Source of the DNA: Candidatus Micrarchaeota archaeon
Lineage (GTDB): Archaea; Micrarchaeota; Micrarchaeia; Anstonellales; J096
Direction of reading: 5' to 3'
Length of the DNA: 64,000 nucleotides
Assembly (NCBI GenBank): GCA_015523325.1
Contig: WAKO01000015.1
Coordinates: forward strand, 9,812 to 73,811
A model generated the notes under the pieces. That model had not been told where the DNA came from. It searched no databases and saw nothing but the letters and a program-made list of their open reading frames with translations. Below, piece after piece: positions 28,442-39,500 of this stretch (position 1 is the stretch's first letter; each line of letters opens with the position of its first letter). Made by a program: the position numbers and the translations under genes.

Positions 28442-28852
28442 ATGTCAATCAAAATGGAAAGTTATGAAGAGATGTTAAAAGAACTTTACTCTAAACTTCC
28501 TTCAAAAATAAAGAGGAAAGAAAGGTTTGAGATGCCAGAGGTTGTGAGCTATATTGAAGGAAAAAAGACGATATTCAAAAACTTTTCCAGCATAGCACAA
28601 AAGATTAGGAGAAGGGAAGAGATGTTTGCAAAATTCCTAAGTAAAGAGCTCGGAGTCCCTGTAAAAAAAGAAGGAAGTGTTTTAGTACTTCAAAGAAAAA
28701 TAAATAATAGACTTCTTCAACAAAAAGTAAACATCTTTATAAAAGAGTATGTTATATGTCTTGAATGTAATAGGCCTGATACAAATATTAGGGGAGAAGG
28801 AGTAAAGATGCTTGTATGTGAAGCATGTGGAGCTAGGAGGCCGATAAAGTGA
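28442..28852 (+). CDS. eif2b: Translation initiation factor 2 beta subunit (aIF2-beta)
   Basis: YEEMLKELYSKLP..RFEMPEV..EGKKTIFKNF with the C-terminal zinc ribbon CLECNRPDT...CEACGA. The track start is TTG 28421; ATG 28442 is preferred. Confidence 0.88.
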   Translation: MSIKMESYEEMLKELYSKLPSKIKRKERFEMPEVVSYIEGKKTIFKNFSSIAQKIRRREEMFAKFLSKELGVPVKKEGSVLVLQRKINNRLLQQKVNIFIKEYVICLECNRPDTNIRGEGVKMLVCEACGARRPIK

Positions 28853-29163
28853 AGGGAAGAGAAGAACAACCAATAGACATTGGAAAATCCATTAGGCTTC
28901 CTAAAAAAGAAGAGAATGAGCTATTGGCTTTTGTTATCGCAGAGCTAGGAGGAGCTAGAATGCAATGTTTTTGTGAAGATGGGAAGGAAAGAATATGCAG
29001 AGTTCCAGGAAGGTTAAAGAGGAAAATTTGGGTAAAGGAGGGAGATGTGGTTATAGTAAAACCTTGGGAAGTTGAAGGGGAGAAGAGAGGAGATATAATT
29101 TGGAGGTACAAGAAGCTAGAAGTAGAATGGCTTAGGAAAAAAGGAATGTTGAACTTCTACTGA
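28849..29163 (+). CDS. eif1a: Translation initiation factor 1A (aIF1A)
   Basis: 104 aa with the S1-like OB fold ELLAFVIAELGGARMQCFCEDGKERICRVPGRLKRKIWVKEGDVVIV. A GTG start overlaps the eif2b stop. Confidence 0.88.
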   Translation: MKGREEQPIDIGKSIRLPKKEENELLAFVIAELGGARMQCFCEDGKERICRVPGRLKRKIWVKEGDVVIVKPWEVEGEKRGDIIWRYKKLEVEWLRKKGMLNFY

Positions 29164-29229
29164 ATTATTGAATTGGGCTCTGTTTGTTTCAGATTTTAGA
29201 AAGTTTTCAAGGAGTTTGAGGAGAAAAGA

Positions 29230-30201
29230 ATGAGCAAAGGATTTTATATAAGCCTCACTATAGGTGTTTTGCTTATCTTGCTAATAATTTTTCATATTGG
29301 AATTGAGAAAGTAGTAGATTCCTTTAAAGGAATTGACTTTTTTCTTTTATTTCTTTCAACTTTATTTTTACTTGCGATGCACTTTGTAATGGCTGTTAGA
29401 GTAAAATATCTCGGAAAAATTTTGGGGGTTGAGATAAGCTTAAAGGAAAGCTTTAACGCACATATGTTAGGGATGTTTTTGAGTGAAATAACTCCTGGGA
29501 GGAGTGGTTATTTTGGAGCAAGCGCCTATTTGAGGAAAAAAGGTATTGAGTCCTCAAAAGCATTAGCAATGCTAATGAGTGCTCAACCATTTGACTTTTT
29601 TTCAAAGGTTATGGGAGCTCTAGTTGGTTTTATGTTGTTTTTAGAGGTTGGGATTGAGCTAATAGTTGTGTTAACAATAGCTTCTTTGGGTTTAATATTT
29701 ATAGTTTTCTCAAGAAGATTTGTGAAAGCCATAGAAAGGGTACTTTCAAGAACATTGTTTACATTTCCAATTTTTGGAGAGCTTTTGAAAAAAGCATTTA
29801 ACTATTTAAAAGCAATGAACCACACCTCAAAAAAGCTCATCCCTAAACTTCCTGTAATACTTTGCTTTATTGTTGTTAGCTACACCCTAAGAGTTTTGAA
29901 TTGGTATTTTCTATTCCTAGCCCTAGGAGGAAATTATTTAGGATTTGTTTATGACTTCTTTTTATTCTATGTTCTTCAACCTCTGATAAATATAGTAGAA
30001 TTTATTCCTCTCCCAACTCCTGCAGGAAGTGGTTTGAGTGAAATAGCTTCTGTAATCGTTTTAACCAAGTTTGGGTTTGAGGAGGGAAAGGCTTTAGCAT
30101 TTGGAATTTTGGCAAGGGTGCAAAGTTTAATTCTAAGCTCTATAGGAATAGTTTCTCTAAATGAGGCAGGAGTTTATATAAAGAAAAGGTTTTTTAACTA
30201 A
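29230..30201 (+). CDS. Polytopic membrane protein, flippase-like/LPG-synthase-TM family (UPF0104-like)
   Basis: 323 aa with about 8 TMs. The N-terminal pattern ...HIGIEKVVDSFKGIDFFLLFLSTLFLLAMHFVMAVRVKYL is typical of that family. Confidence 0.5.
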   Translation: MSKGFYISLTIGVLLILLIIFHIGIEKVVDSFKGIDFFLLFLSTLFLLAMHFVMAVRVKYLGKILGVEISLKESFNAHMLGMFLSEITPGRSGYFGASAYLRKKGIESSKALAMLMSAQPFDFFSKVMGALVGFMLFLEVGIELIVVLTIASLGLIFIVFSRRFVKAIERVLSRTLFTFPIFGELLKKAFNYLKAMNHTSKKLIPKLPVILCFIVVSYTLRVLNWYFLFLALGGNYLGFVYDFFLFYVLQPLINIVEFIPLPTPAGSGLSEIASVIVLTKFGFEEGKALAFGILARVQSLILSSIGIVSLNEAGVYIKKRFFN

Positions 30202-30208
30202 AATACTA

Positions 30209-30685
30209 ATGGATAAGATGGGGAAAAGAATGGAAGAGAAAACAGAGAAAAAAAGCGAAAAAAGTGATGAGTTCATTAAATACTTGGAAAGGAGGTTTGG
30301 AATAACTCTTCCTGAAAATTTAAGAATAAGGAAAGGAGGAAAGTTTAGGATTTATAATAAGGAGCTAGAGGAGTTGGAAGAGGAGTGTGGAATTAAAGGG
30401 GTTGAAAGGTTTGGAGTTAATGCTGGAAGTGAATTAAAGCCAAGTAGTGATTTCTTACAATTATTTGGATTTATGTGCACTAGAAATATAGTTTTTTTAG
30501 AAAAAGAAGAGCTCTCTTCATTTTTGGAGGGAAAAAAACTAGAGCTTAAAGAGGAACAAATATTTGGAGAGGATGGATATGTTGTTGTGTTTTTTAAAGG
30601 AAAGGTAATTGGTTGTGGGCTGCTTAGAGGAAAAACTCTAGAGAGCGTTATTCCAAAATATAAAAGAGGAAAAATAATAATTTAA
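30209..30685 (+). CDS. Small protein with a PUA-like C-terminal domain (as in RsmF/NSUN C-termini)
   Basis: 158 aa. GYVVVFFKGKVIGCGLLRGKTLESVIPKYKR resembles the methyltransferase-associated PUA-like domain. Confidence 0.35.
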   Translation: MDKMGKRMEEKTEKKSEKSDEFIKYLERRFGITLPENLRIRKGGKFRIYNKELEELEEECGIKGVERFGVNAGSELKPSSDFLQLFGFMCTRNIVFLEKEELSSFLEGKKLELKEEQIFGEDGYVVVFFKGKVIGCGLLRGKTLESVIPKYKRGKIII

Positions 30686-30713
30686 GAAAATATTTGGAAA
30701 AAAATGCAATTCA

Positions 30714-31775
30714 TTAAGACCTTCTTTTTACTATAACTTCTTCATCAACCGTAATGAGTTTAACTCTCCTTCTATCAAAATAAATAGGAACACTTAAAAT
30801 TAGCTTTTTTGTTGAAAGGTTAAGCTCAAATTTATAAAGACTAAAGTTTTTATCAACTAAAGAAAAATCCAAAGTATAAGATCCTTTTTTTATTGAGTTT
30901 AAAAGCTCTTCATACTCCTCATTTGAGAGAACAAATCTAGCCTCTCTAAAAACTTTTCCTGTTGTACTTCTTGGGTCAAAATCTACATTAAAGATTACTT
31001 TTGAGTGTCCTAAGGAGGGAGGGATTAATTCAATAACTACTCTTGTAGGGTTTGCAAGTAAGTGAAAGTTGGAGTTTAGCTTTTCAGAATCTATGTAAAT
31101 TGCTTTATCCAAATACTCTTTTATTGAAGATAGCTCATTTTTTGCATTCTCATCAACAATCCCTAAAATCTCTTCATTATCTAAGACATTTTCTCTCAAA
31201 AATCTTATTGTGGTTAAATAGGAAAGCTTTTTTGTTAAATCAAGAACATCTTTAGTTAAAAAGTAAGGAACCTCAACTTTTACCTCAGGAACTAAAGGAT
31301 TTGTAAAATGAATAGTTGCATAGATTCCATAAACTTCTAGCTCTTTTTTTAGCTTATTCTCATAATCTTTCATGAGCTTCTCTAAATAAGAAGGATTATT
31401 AATTTGGAGAGATTGAAAAGTTAGGAAAGGTAACCAACTAACTACAACTGCCTTTGAAGAGCCTTGAAGAATAGAGAGATATTTTATAGGGAATCTTCTC
31501 TCAAAAAAAGGATAGTTGTTTTTTGATAAGAATAAAGCATATTCTTCAAAAGCTTTTTTTGCTGGAACATAGTGCTCTTTTCTATAAAAATTGTAGTTTA
31601 TTTTGCTCATAGAAGGAGTAGAGTTTAAAGGAGCTTGTGAATAAGAAGGGGAGAAGGCTAAAGATGATGCTAGTAATGCTGGGGCTAGTTTGAAAGCTAA
31701 AAATTTTTTGAACCTCTTTTTAGCTTTTGAAACCTCTCTTTTTCCAAAATCCATATATTTAAACTTTTTCCACAT
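30714..31775 (-). CDS. Secreted hypothetical protein, last gene of the minus-strand surface locus
   Basis: 353 aa with signal-like N-terminus KKFLAFKLAPALLASSLAFSPSYSQAP. It starts 93 nt downstream of the 1549-aa gene. Confidence 0.6.
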   Translation of the reverse strand: MWKKFKYMDFGKREVSKAKKRFKKFLAFKLAPALLASSLAFSPSYSQAPLNSTPSMSKINYNFYRKEHYVPAKKAFEEYALFLSKNNYPFFERRFPIKYLSILQGSSKAVVVSWLPFLTFQSLQINNPSYLEKLMKDYENKLKKELEVYGIYATIHFTNPLVPEVKVEVPYFLTKDVLDLTKKLSYLTTIRFLRENVLDNEEILGIVDENAKNELSSIKEYLDKAIYIDSEKLNSNFHLLANPTRVVIELIPPSLGHSKVIFNVDFDPRSTTGKVFREARFVLSNEEYEELLNSIKKGSYTLDFSLVDKNFSLYKFELNLSTKKLILSVPIYFDRRRVKLITVDEEVIVKRRS

Positions 31776-31868
31776 AATAACATTTATTGGGCAAGAAAAA
31801 TTTATAAATGGTTTTACAAATCCTTTTAACTCTTTGGTTAAAAATGAGAACTTATGTTTGTAGGGTCT

Positions 31869-34800
31869 TTAACTTGCTTTATTCTCTTTATTTTCCCCAC
31901 TTATGCTTGAACCATTATTTGAATCATTTGATCTAAGAGAAGCTACACCTATTCCCAAGGAAGAAACAACCCCATACAAGTCTGGCCCAAATAAATAACC
32001 TCTCCTAAATCCTGGTTTTTGAACTTCTTTAGGAGAATAAACAGGAGAAAGAACACTATAGAGAGTTGTTCTTTCTAATGGAGAGGATTCCTTCCTAAAT
32101 ATGTTTATAGCTTCTAAAGTATCTCCAAAATAGAGCATATCCATAGCAAATAATGAGTAGGAAAGCAAATAATTAGAAGGCTTATCATGTTCTAAAACAA
32201 TAGCCTCTCCTCCAAGCACTTCTTTAGGAAGTTCATTTTTATAGAGCATTCTATTGTACTCATAAAAAGAATTAAGCCTTTTATTTTGCTCTCCTTGCTC
32301 TCTTTGTCCCTCTGCTCCCCAATTAAAGTAGCTTCTAACCCCTCTGATAGATGTTTCTAAAGTTGATTCCCTAAATGGTTGGAGAGGGGAAATTGAGGCT
32401 TGTGAAGGATAGGTTTCTATTTTCTCAACTTCTCTATAAAGACCTTTCCCAAATAAAAGTTCTTCAAAACCAAACCTTCCTTCTTCTGTTTTTAAATCAT
32501 ATCTAGAATCTATTATTTTTATTGCTCCTTTTTCTCCAAAGATCTCTCTTTGGGCTTTTTCAAACTCTGTCTTTGGAACAATTTTATTCAATTCCTCAAA
32601 AAACTTGTCTCTATTAAAGGTATTTCCCTCTGTTGAAGCTTGGATCGCTTGAGAGAATCTCTTTCTAGCCTTTAAAGAAAGCTCCTCATCATTTCCATGT
32701 AGAACTCTATTTAATGCAACCAAATAAGTTAAGGATTTCCTTGCAAAATCAGGGTCTCTCATTTGTTCTTCAAACTTAGAGTAATCTATGTTTTTATCCC
32801 TCCTAACTTTCTTGAACTCAGTCTTTGCTACTTCTTTAATAAATCGTGGTTGGTTACCATATAAGAAGGATAGTCCTCTCAAAACTTGGGAAGCCAAATA
32901 ACCTTTAATAGGGCTTCTCTCATCTTCAAGAATAACCTCAACTCTTTCTATAGGAGTTGTTATTTTTTCTCTCCTTAAGAGCAAAGCTGGTTTTTCTGGA
33001 CTTGGAGGAGAAGGAGTAGTTAGGGAAATCTTTAGAGTAGGTTGAGGAATAGGAGTAGATTGTTGTTCTTGGGTTTCTAACGAAGCCCTAAGCTTTGAAA
33101 GAACTTTCAAAGATCTTAAATTAATAAAGGAAGTTGCAGCTTGCTCAAGGTTTGCTTCTTTTATATTATAGAGAATTCCAGCCTGAAGAGAAGAGAGGTT
33201 TTCATCAGCATAATCAACATTAAACTTATCCAAAACATCTCTAGAGAATTCCCATATACTTAGTTGTCCTTTATAAAAGTCGTTTATCCTTCTCTCCATT
33301 CCATTTATTAAATTAAATATTTGCTTTGACTCTTTATTCAGAGAAACTTGAGAAGGTTTTTCCTTATCTTTTTCTTCCTTTTCCTCTTTAGCAGTGCCAG
33401 AAGTCCCAACAGCCTCAACACCCTTATCCTTAGAAGGCTTAGGAGGTTTTACTATAGCTGCTTGTTTTAATGACGTTATTAAAGCTCTTCTTTGATTTTC
33501 ATCCAAATCATAAAATGAAAGTAGGTTATTAATTGTTTCTTCATCTCTAAAAATAGCTCTAAGTTTAGCTTTTGCCTCCTCTCTACTTGATTTTTCAAGG
33601 ATATTTGCTACAACAAAAGCTAAAGAAAAGATTTGGGCTTCATTAACGGAAAGGGGTTTTCCTCTCTTTTGTGCTTCTTTAAAGTACTCATAAACATCAC
33701 CATAGTTTCCTAAGGTGGAATCTAATCCAAAGGATTTTCTCTCGTTTTCAACAATTTCTTTATAGAATTCTCTAGCCTTTTCTCTCCTAACTATAAACTC
33801 TCTAACTTGGTCCAACCTCTCAATGTTTCCAGTTTTTCCTGCAATATGAAGGTGTAAACCAAATAAAGAAATTTGGCTAGCTAAAAACGCCTTTTCTTCT
33901 CCATTACTAGAAAAGAATTTACTTATCATTGTCCTCAAATTATTTTCCTCATCAATAACAAACTCTCCCCCCAGCAAAGTATAGAGCATAGAAGAGAAAA
34001 ATCCATGTAAAGTGTGATAATTGGAATTAACTCCTAGAACATCTCTTATCGCTTGACTTCCTCCAAGGAACGCATAAGCCTCTAAAACTGCAAGGTTATA
34101 GGAAATCTTTTCTAGTTCATTCGGAGATCTTACATTAAGGTTTAAACTACCATTCCATGCATTCATATCCACCAAATTCTTTTCAGCTTTTTTAGATTCA
34201 CTAGCTAAAATACTTAAAGCTGTAGAAGTGGAATAGTGTTCATGCAACATTCTTAGCTCTCCTAAAGAGAAATCATTAGCCTTTACTCCAAAAATTTTGT
34301 TTAAAGAATAAAGAAGGAGGGAATTGAGAACTTTTCCATACAAATTTATTATGTTTGCTAGGGCTTTTGCTTTTGTTGCTATTAGTTTTGAGCTCTCAGC
34401 TATTAATTGTTCCTTTTCTTTTTTGGTTTTAGTTTCACTTCCTTCAAATGCCTCCTCCTTTTTTAGAGCTTCTTTTGGAATTATAGAGTGAATCGCTTTG
34501 GAGAGGATGTTTGAAACTGCTGAGCTCGCAACGGTTAGGAGAGGAACAGATAATTCCATTGCAACTTGGGTTGTGGTTAGAGGGTGGGTTATGGATCTCT
34601 TTGCTGCTTTTGCCGCTTGTTTTACTGTTTTTAGAGAAGGTTTAACAGTAGGTTTTAGCACTCCTTTCTTACTTCCTAACCCATACATTAGCGCTCCTGT
34701 GAGGGTTGTAGCAACCCTAACCGCTGTGGTTTGGAGAACTCTTAATCCAGAAGTAACTAAACTTCTCTTAAGAGGTGAAACCTTGTTCCCTCCTAATAAT

Positions 34801-36518
34801 TTTTTTGTTATTTTTTGGCTTGCTAAAGTAGTTACCTTTTCTGTTCCTTTTTTAGCTAAAGACATTGCTGTTGTGGCGGCTTTTGCTGTTTTTGTATCAA
34901 CATACCTTTTTGCAAGCCCTCCTGAATAATTAACTCTCAAAGCTCTGGCTGTTCCTACTCTACTCATATCAAAGAAGAAGAAGGGATTGTTTCCACTCTC
35001 ATACATTGAAACAAATAATAGGCCAAACAAAAGAACTATGGGAAGGCAAATAGCTATATTGTAGAGTAAATTATCAACCCTCTCTGGAGAGATGGGGGTG
35101 AAAACAGAATAGCGGGAAATACTAATTATGGTTGGGTAATCTACTTGCTCTTCAGTACTGTAAGGGAGAGTGTAATTTATGTAGGCATCTCTTGAAATAC
35201 ATTGAGGTTGTGGGAGAGGTTCAATTATAGCTTCCCCACAAGTAGGGATATCAAAATAGTTTTCATAATTATCTATTCCAAACTCATCAATACATTTTTT
35301 TAAAGCACACGCATTCCCAAGCTTTGAAAAGCAAACAACAGCATTTGTTCTTGTATAGTATTTTTCCTCTATACCATTATCAACTAACAACTTACTCACA
35401 TTTATTGTTGCTCTTCCAAGCTCTTTTGTGTTTACCCTGCAAGCATATTTTTTATCAACAAAGTCTTTGTTAACCTTTTGCTTATATTCAACTATGAAGA
35501 GGAGGGAAGCATTTCTTAAAGGATAAAAACCAGGGTTTTCATAATTAAAAACTAGAGGAGTTGCATTAACAATTATGTTGTTCTTCTCATTTTTTTCAAT
35601 AACAGAAACCCTTCCATAAGAAAGGTCTTTCAGGTCTTGGTATCTAAATTCTCCAAATAAATAAGGGGAGCTAACAGTACAGGTTGGAATTGTTGATGGT
35701 TGATAAGGGTTTATGCATGGTCCTTTTCCAGGAGAGGTTATGCAGTTAAGGGAAAATTGAGAAGATTGTCTTACTCCAGTAGAAGAGTCTTCAATATCAA
35801 TTGCTTGACCGAAATTATATTCATAGGAAAAGTTTGCAATAAAATCTGAAATAATAGCATAGCTTGAAAGTAAAGGAGTAGCAATTTCAGAGTTACAAAC
35901 AAATTCAAAACCCTCCTCCAAATATTCATAACCTGGAGGTTTGCTTATAGGAGAGCTGCTTCCTAAAACATTAAAATAGGAAGAAGTTATTGTGTTTAGG
36001 TCAAAGCCTCCATTATTTTTTTCAAATTCACATCCAACCTTAATTGTATCTCCTGTGTTCATATCAATTAAAGTGAAATTCAAAAATACATCTGTTATAT
36101 CAGAATCTAGGGAAAAAGTATTGTCTACTATACCATTACCATCTTGTTGTAAACCAAGCATCAAAGGGCCAACTCCTCCACCCCCTCCATCGCCTCCTCC
36201 ATTTCCTCCATCGCCTCCATTACCTCCATTACCTCCTCCATTTCCTTGCCCTTGATTAATAACAGCATTTATAGAGTAAACCTTGCCCGTTATTACAAGC
36301 TCATCATTTAAACATGAATTCGGATATTGAAAAGAAACATCACAAATACAACCTGCTATCGCATTAACATCAGGAGCACCAGGATCATTTTGAGGAGAGC
36401 TTATAAATATAGGGGCTTCTATACAATTAGTAGGACAAGTTATAACAATGGAATGTTGGGAGGAAAAAGAGAAAGTTATTAGGAAAAGAAAAATCAAAAA
36501 GGGAAAAGCTCTCATCAA
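31869..36518 (-). CDS. Giant bitopic envelope protein: signal peptide, ~460 aa Cys-containing ectodomain with a Gly/Asn tract, one TM, and a ~1040 aa basic predicted cytoplasmic region
   Basis: 1549 aa. N-terminus MMRAFPFLIFLFLITFSFSS, a G/N/D tract at residues 90-117, a TM LLYNIAICLPIVLLFGLLFVSMY at residues ~483-505 (nt 35004-35072), followed by K/R/T/A-rich sequence consistent with the positive-inside rule. Confidence 0.8.
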   Translation of the reverse strand: MMRAFPFLIFLFLITFSFSSQHSIVITCPTNCIEAPIFISSPQNDPGAPDVNAIAGCICDVSFQYPNSCLNDELVITGKVYSINAVINQGQGNGGGNGGNGGDGGNGGGDGGGGGVGPLMLGLQQDGNGIVDNTFSLDSDITDVFLNFTLIDMNTGDTIKVGCEFEKNNGGFDLNTITSSYFNVLGSSSPISKPPGYEYLEEGFEFVCNSEIATPLLSSYAIISDFIANFSYEYNFGQAIDIEDSSTGVRQSSQFSLNCITSPGKGPCINPYQPSTIPTCTVSSPYLFGEFRYQDLKDLSYGRVSVIEKNEKNNIIVNATPLVFNYENPGFYPLRNASLLFIVEYKQKVNKDFVDKKYACRVNTKELGRATINVSKLLVDNGIEEKYYTRTNAVVCFSKLGNACALKKCIDEFGIDNYENYFDIPTCGEAIIEPLPQPQCISRDAYINYTLPYSTEEQVDYPTIISISRYSVFTPISPERVDNLLYNIAICLPIVLLFGLLFVSMYESGNNPFFFFDMSRVGTARALRVNYSGGLAKRYVDTKTAKAATTAMSLAKKGTEKVTTLASQKITKKLLGGNKVSPLKRSLVTSGLRVLQTTAVRVATTLTGALMYGLGSKKGVLKPTVKPSLKTVKQAAKAAKRSITHPLTTTQVAMELSVPLLTVASSAVSNILSKAIHSIIPKEALKKEEAFEGSETKTKKEKEQLIAESSKLIATKAKALANIINLYGKVLNSLLLYSLNKIFGVKANDFSLGELRMLHEHYSTSTALSILASESKKAEKNLVDMNAWNGSLNLNVRSPNELEKISYNLAVLEAYAFLGGSQAIRDVLGVNSNYHTLHGFFSSMLYTLLGGEFVIDEENNLRTMISKFFSSNGEEKAFLASQISLFGLHLHIAGKTGNIERLDQVREFIVRREKAREFYKEIVENERKSFGLDSTLGNYGDVYEYFKEAQKRGKPLSVNEAQIFSLAFVVANILEKSSREEAKAKLRAIFRDEETINNLLSFYDLDENQRRALITSLKQAAIVKPPKPSKDKGVEAVGTSGTAKEEKEEKDKEKPSQVSLNKESKQIFNLINGMERRINDFYKGQLSIWEFSRDVLDKFNVDYADENLSSLQAGILYNIKEANLEQAATSFINLRSLKVLSKLRASLETQEQQSTPIPQPTLKISLTTPSPPSPEKPALLLRREKITTPIERVEVILEDERSPIKGYLASQVLRGLSFLYGNQPRFIKEVAKTEFKKVRRDKNIDYSKFEEQMRDPDFARKSLTYLVALNRVLHGNDEELSLKARKRFSQAIQASTEGNTFNRDKFFEELNKIVPKTEFEKAQREIFGEKGAIKIIDSRYDLKTEEGRFGFEELLFGKGLYREVEKIETYPSQASISPLQPFRESTLETSIRGVRSYFNWGAEGQREQGEQNKRLNSFYEYNRMLYKNELPKEVLGGEAIVLEHDKPSNYLLSYSLFAMDMLYFGDTLEAINIFRKESSPLERTTLYSVLSPVYSPKEVQKPGFRRGYLFGPDLYGVVSSLGIGVASLRSNDSNNGSSISGENKENKAS
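36168..36251 (-). repeat. Imperfect short tandem repeats encoding GQGNGGGNGGNGGDGGNGGGDGGGGG
   Basis: The plus strand shows reiterated cctccat/tacctcc units (36181-36240). It is low-complexity coding sequence. Confidence 0.8.
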
Positions 36519-36572
36519 ATCTAATAGGAAAGGATTATTTAAAAATTTTAGAGTTTTAATGGGTTTTTGTTG

Positions 36573-39500
36573 TTATTCAACTGGATAGCAGGTTGCATAC
36601 TTTATTCCTTGAGTAAATATTTCAGAGAGCTCTTGAGGGGATAAAGCTGTTGGATAGCAGTAGTTTTCCTCATTAAACCCTGGTGGAGGAATGTTAAAGG
36701 TTATAGGAGCTACATATTGAGAGGCAATAGCTACTGTTTTTGAGGTTTCATTATCACACAAAGAAAATCCAGTTTGGGAAAGAGAGAGGCCTATGAAATC
36801 TGATAGTTCTTCACTATACTCAGATATTTCAAACTCAGCTATTTCATCCTTCTTTATCTCACACCTTATTTTGCTTACACATTGTTTTTTAGGAATGCAA
36901 TCTGGAGTTTCACAATCATCAGCAACATCATAAGGCTGAGAAGACTTTAAGTTAACAAATCCTCCTAAACTCATAAGGTTCCTGCTAAATTGACAAATTC
37001 CTTCTGGAGAAGGGAGGAGGTAAAACCTCTTTCCAGGAATATTATTTTTGTTTAAAACATCCTCAAATTGAATTCCAATATTTCCATTGCTTATTAATGC
37101 GGATTTTCTATAATTTAAGTAAGAGAAGAAGAGCTCTAATTCACTCTCATTAGCATAAACAATATCATTTATGTAGAAGATTGTAGGAAGCCCAAGAGTA
37201 GAAAGGCTTAGCCTCGATATCTCTACAAGCTTGTCAACTTCACTCCTAGCTCTTAGCTCATCAAGCCCAATAATATTAAATCCTACTCTAAAAATAACTA
37301 CATCATATTTATCCTCTCTTTGGTCTTTAAATGGAGATAACTTGCTTAATCCCCTAGCATTATCCTCAAAGATTTCTTGTAAATCAGAAGTTTCCAAAGA
37401 GGAAAGAGGTTTATCAAAAGCAATTGAAATTCCTACCAAGCAATCTTTACAGCTAGCTTTTACAGCTTTTATTCTAGAGATAGTGTTTTGATTATTTACT
37501 GAATAACCTCTTTCAGAATAAAGGGCTTTATTATCAGAATCAAGGATTAATTTATTAGTTACTATTATTGCTGTTCCAGTATCTGCTTTTGAAAAGAAGG
37601 AGAAACCTCTTTCATTGTAAGGATCTCTTATAGCTAATTGCACATCTTGGAGAAGCTTTAGGAGAGGGAGGGAAAGAGAAAGTTCTTCAACACTAGGCTT
37701 AAAGAAAGGATCATATCCTTTATCAAGGTTTGTGTATTTAACCTCATAAAGGCTAGGATCATCAACAATCAAAACAGGAAGAATTCCTCTCCCCATATAG
37801 CTTATAAGCCTATCTTTAAGATAATAGTTGGAAGGATAGAAGTTTGGAGGGTTAAAAGATTCATTTGAATAAAACGTTACTCTAGGAGCAACCACAAACT
37901 CCTCTGATTTTGGGGCTTTTGTAAATACTCCATAAAAAGAAAAATTGGCTTCATCAGGAAGGTCTTGTAAGTCAAACCTATACCTTCCTTCTTCATAATC
38001 TTCCTCACTTCCTCCACTTACTTTTTCATAATTAATTGAAAACTTCTCTAAAGGAGGATCAGCATCAACTAAAGAAAGGAAATATAAATAAGCTTTAGAA
38101 GGGAGAGTATAGGAATAAAGGAATGTATTTGCTATTGGGTCAAGAAACTCATACTCCCAAAGCCTCTCCACTCTTATATACCTAGTCTCAACAGCTCCAG
38201 CATACCTCTTATCACAACCTATTCCATATGCTAAACATCCTTCCTTTCCCAAATATTTTCTATGAAGTTCCCAATCTACAGGGTTCCATTCCCAATAATC
38301 AATAAATCTAGAAGGAGGCTCCAATTTATCACAATCCTTATCTATCATGCAAGTGTATAGAACATCATACCATAAACTACGCAAACTACTTTCTTCAGGG
38401 TAATTTAAAATTATGGTTTCAATGAAAGGAGGAGTTGGAGAGAGTATTCTTCCAACCTCCTTTATTAACTCAGTCCCATCTATATTCTTTGAGAGGGCAA
38501 TTAGGTTTAGTGTTCCTCTAAAAGAGCTCTTTTCATCAAAAAAGGAAGTGAAATTAATAACATCTGGGATGTATTGGGAGGTTTTTGAAGAAATTTCTAT
38601 TGAGCTCTCTATTTCCTCAAAAGCAAGGTTTAGAGGGGAAGAGCCTTCACAATATCCAAACTCATTAACCCTCAAACCTGTTAGAGTGTCATTAGCAATA
38701 CATTTTCCAAACTTTCCATCAGAGATTTCATCTTTAAACACAAAAGCAGAAACAGCCATATCTCCAAAGCAAGTTCCTTCATACTCATCTCCAACCCAGC
38801 TTCCTAAGCAAAAGTATTTAGGAGGCAACTCAGCGCATAACTCTGGATTTATTGAATAAGGAGAATTACTAAGATTAAGCATTAAAGAATCTCCTTGATA
38901 AAGAGAGTTAGGGTATTTTGTTATATAAGGATTAAAGCAAAACGCATACTCTATTTCTTGGTTTTCATTGCAATTATCATAAACTGGAAAATCATTTTGG
39001 GATGTTCCTGAATAAGAGAGATAGTTTAAGTAGGTTGAATCTGTTTCATAATTTGAAGGAGAGGTTGAGGAAGGCCAAGCCTTTGGAGCTAAAAATAAGT
39101 AGTCCCTCAAATCTGATAGTCTGGCTAGAGATAGATCTTGGCCCTTTGCCCCATAAGATATTACAGGGATCCCACTCTCTATAACAGCACATCTCTTTCC
39201 ATCTTGAAAACCAAGATCTGTTTGCTTTTCAAAACCTATAGGAAGCATAGGAGAAACATCACTTGCTAAATCAAAGAATAAAAGAGAGTAGTTTACATCA
39301 ACCCAAGGGCCAACCTCTCCATAAGAGGCTAGGAAAAGTCTTTCCTTCTCATATTGCTCTACCAATTGCTCAAAGAACTCTGGATTTCCAGTAAAGTAGT
39401 TCATTATATACATTTCTTGAGTGTTCTCTTTTACAAAGGTTTTTGAAGGAGCAGGAATAGCTTCTCTTTCCAAAATAACTCCCCTAAGGAACGGTCCTCT

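Noticed and set aside
34498-34929. Antisense ORFs inside the giant genes and other real genes (for example 34498-34929, 35992-36255, 37231-37491, 38413-38859, 39421-39666, 39999-40555, 5111-5491, 9717-11182, 25810-26193, 43778-45075, 45455-45991 and 61053-61495)
   Set aside because: They are low-complexity Ser/Phe/Leu/Pro-rich mirror images of K/E/G-rich coding sequence. Each is fully nested in a longer, motif-bearing ORF on the other strand.
36168-36251. Short tandem repeats (here and at 9492-9586 and 11255-11395) considered as a possible CRISPR array or satellite
   Set aside because: The units are under 30 nt, have no unique spacers, and are in frame within long ORFs encoding Gly-, Pro- or TSP3-type repeats. 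They are not CRISPR.
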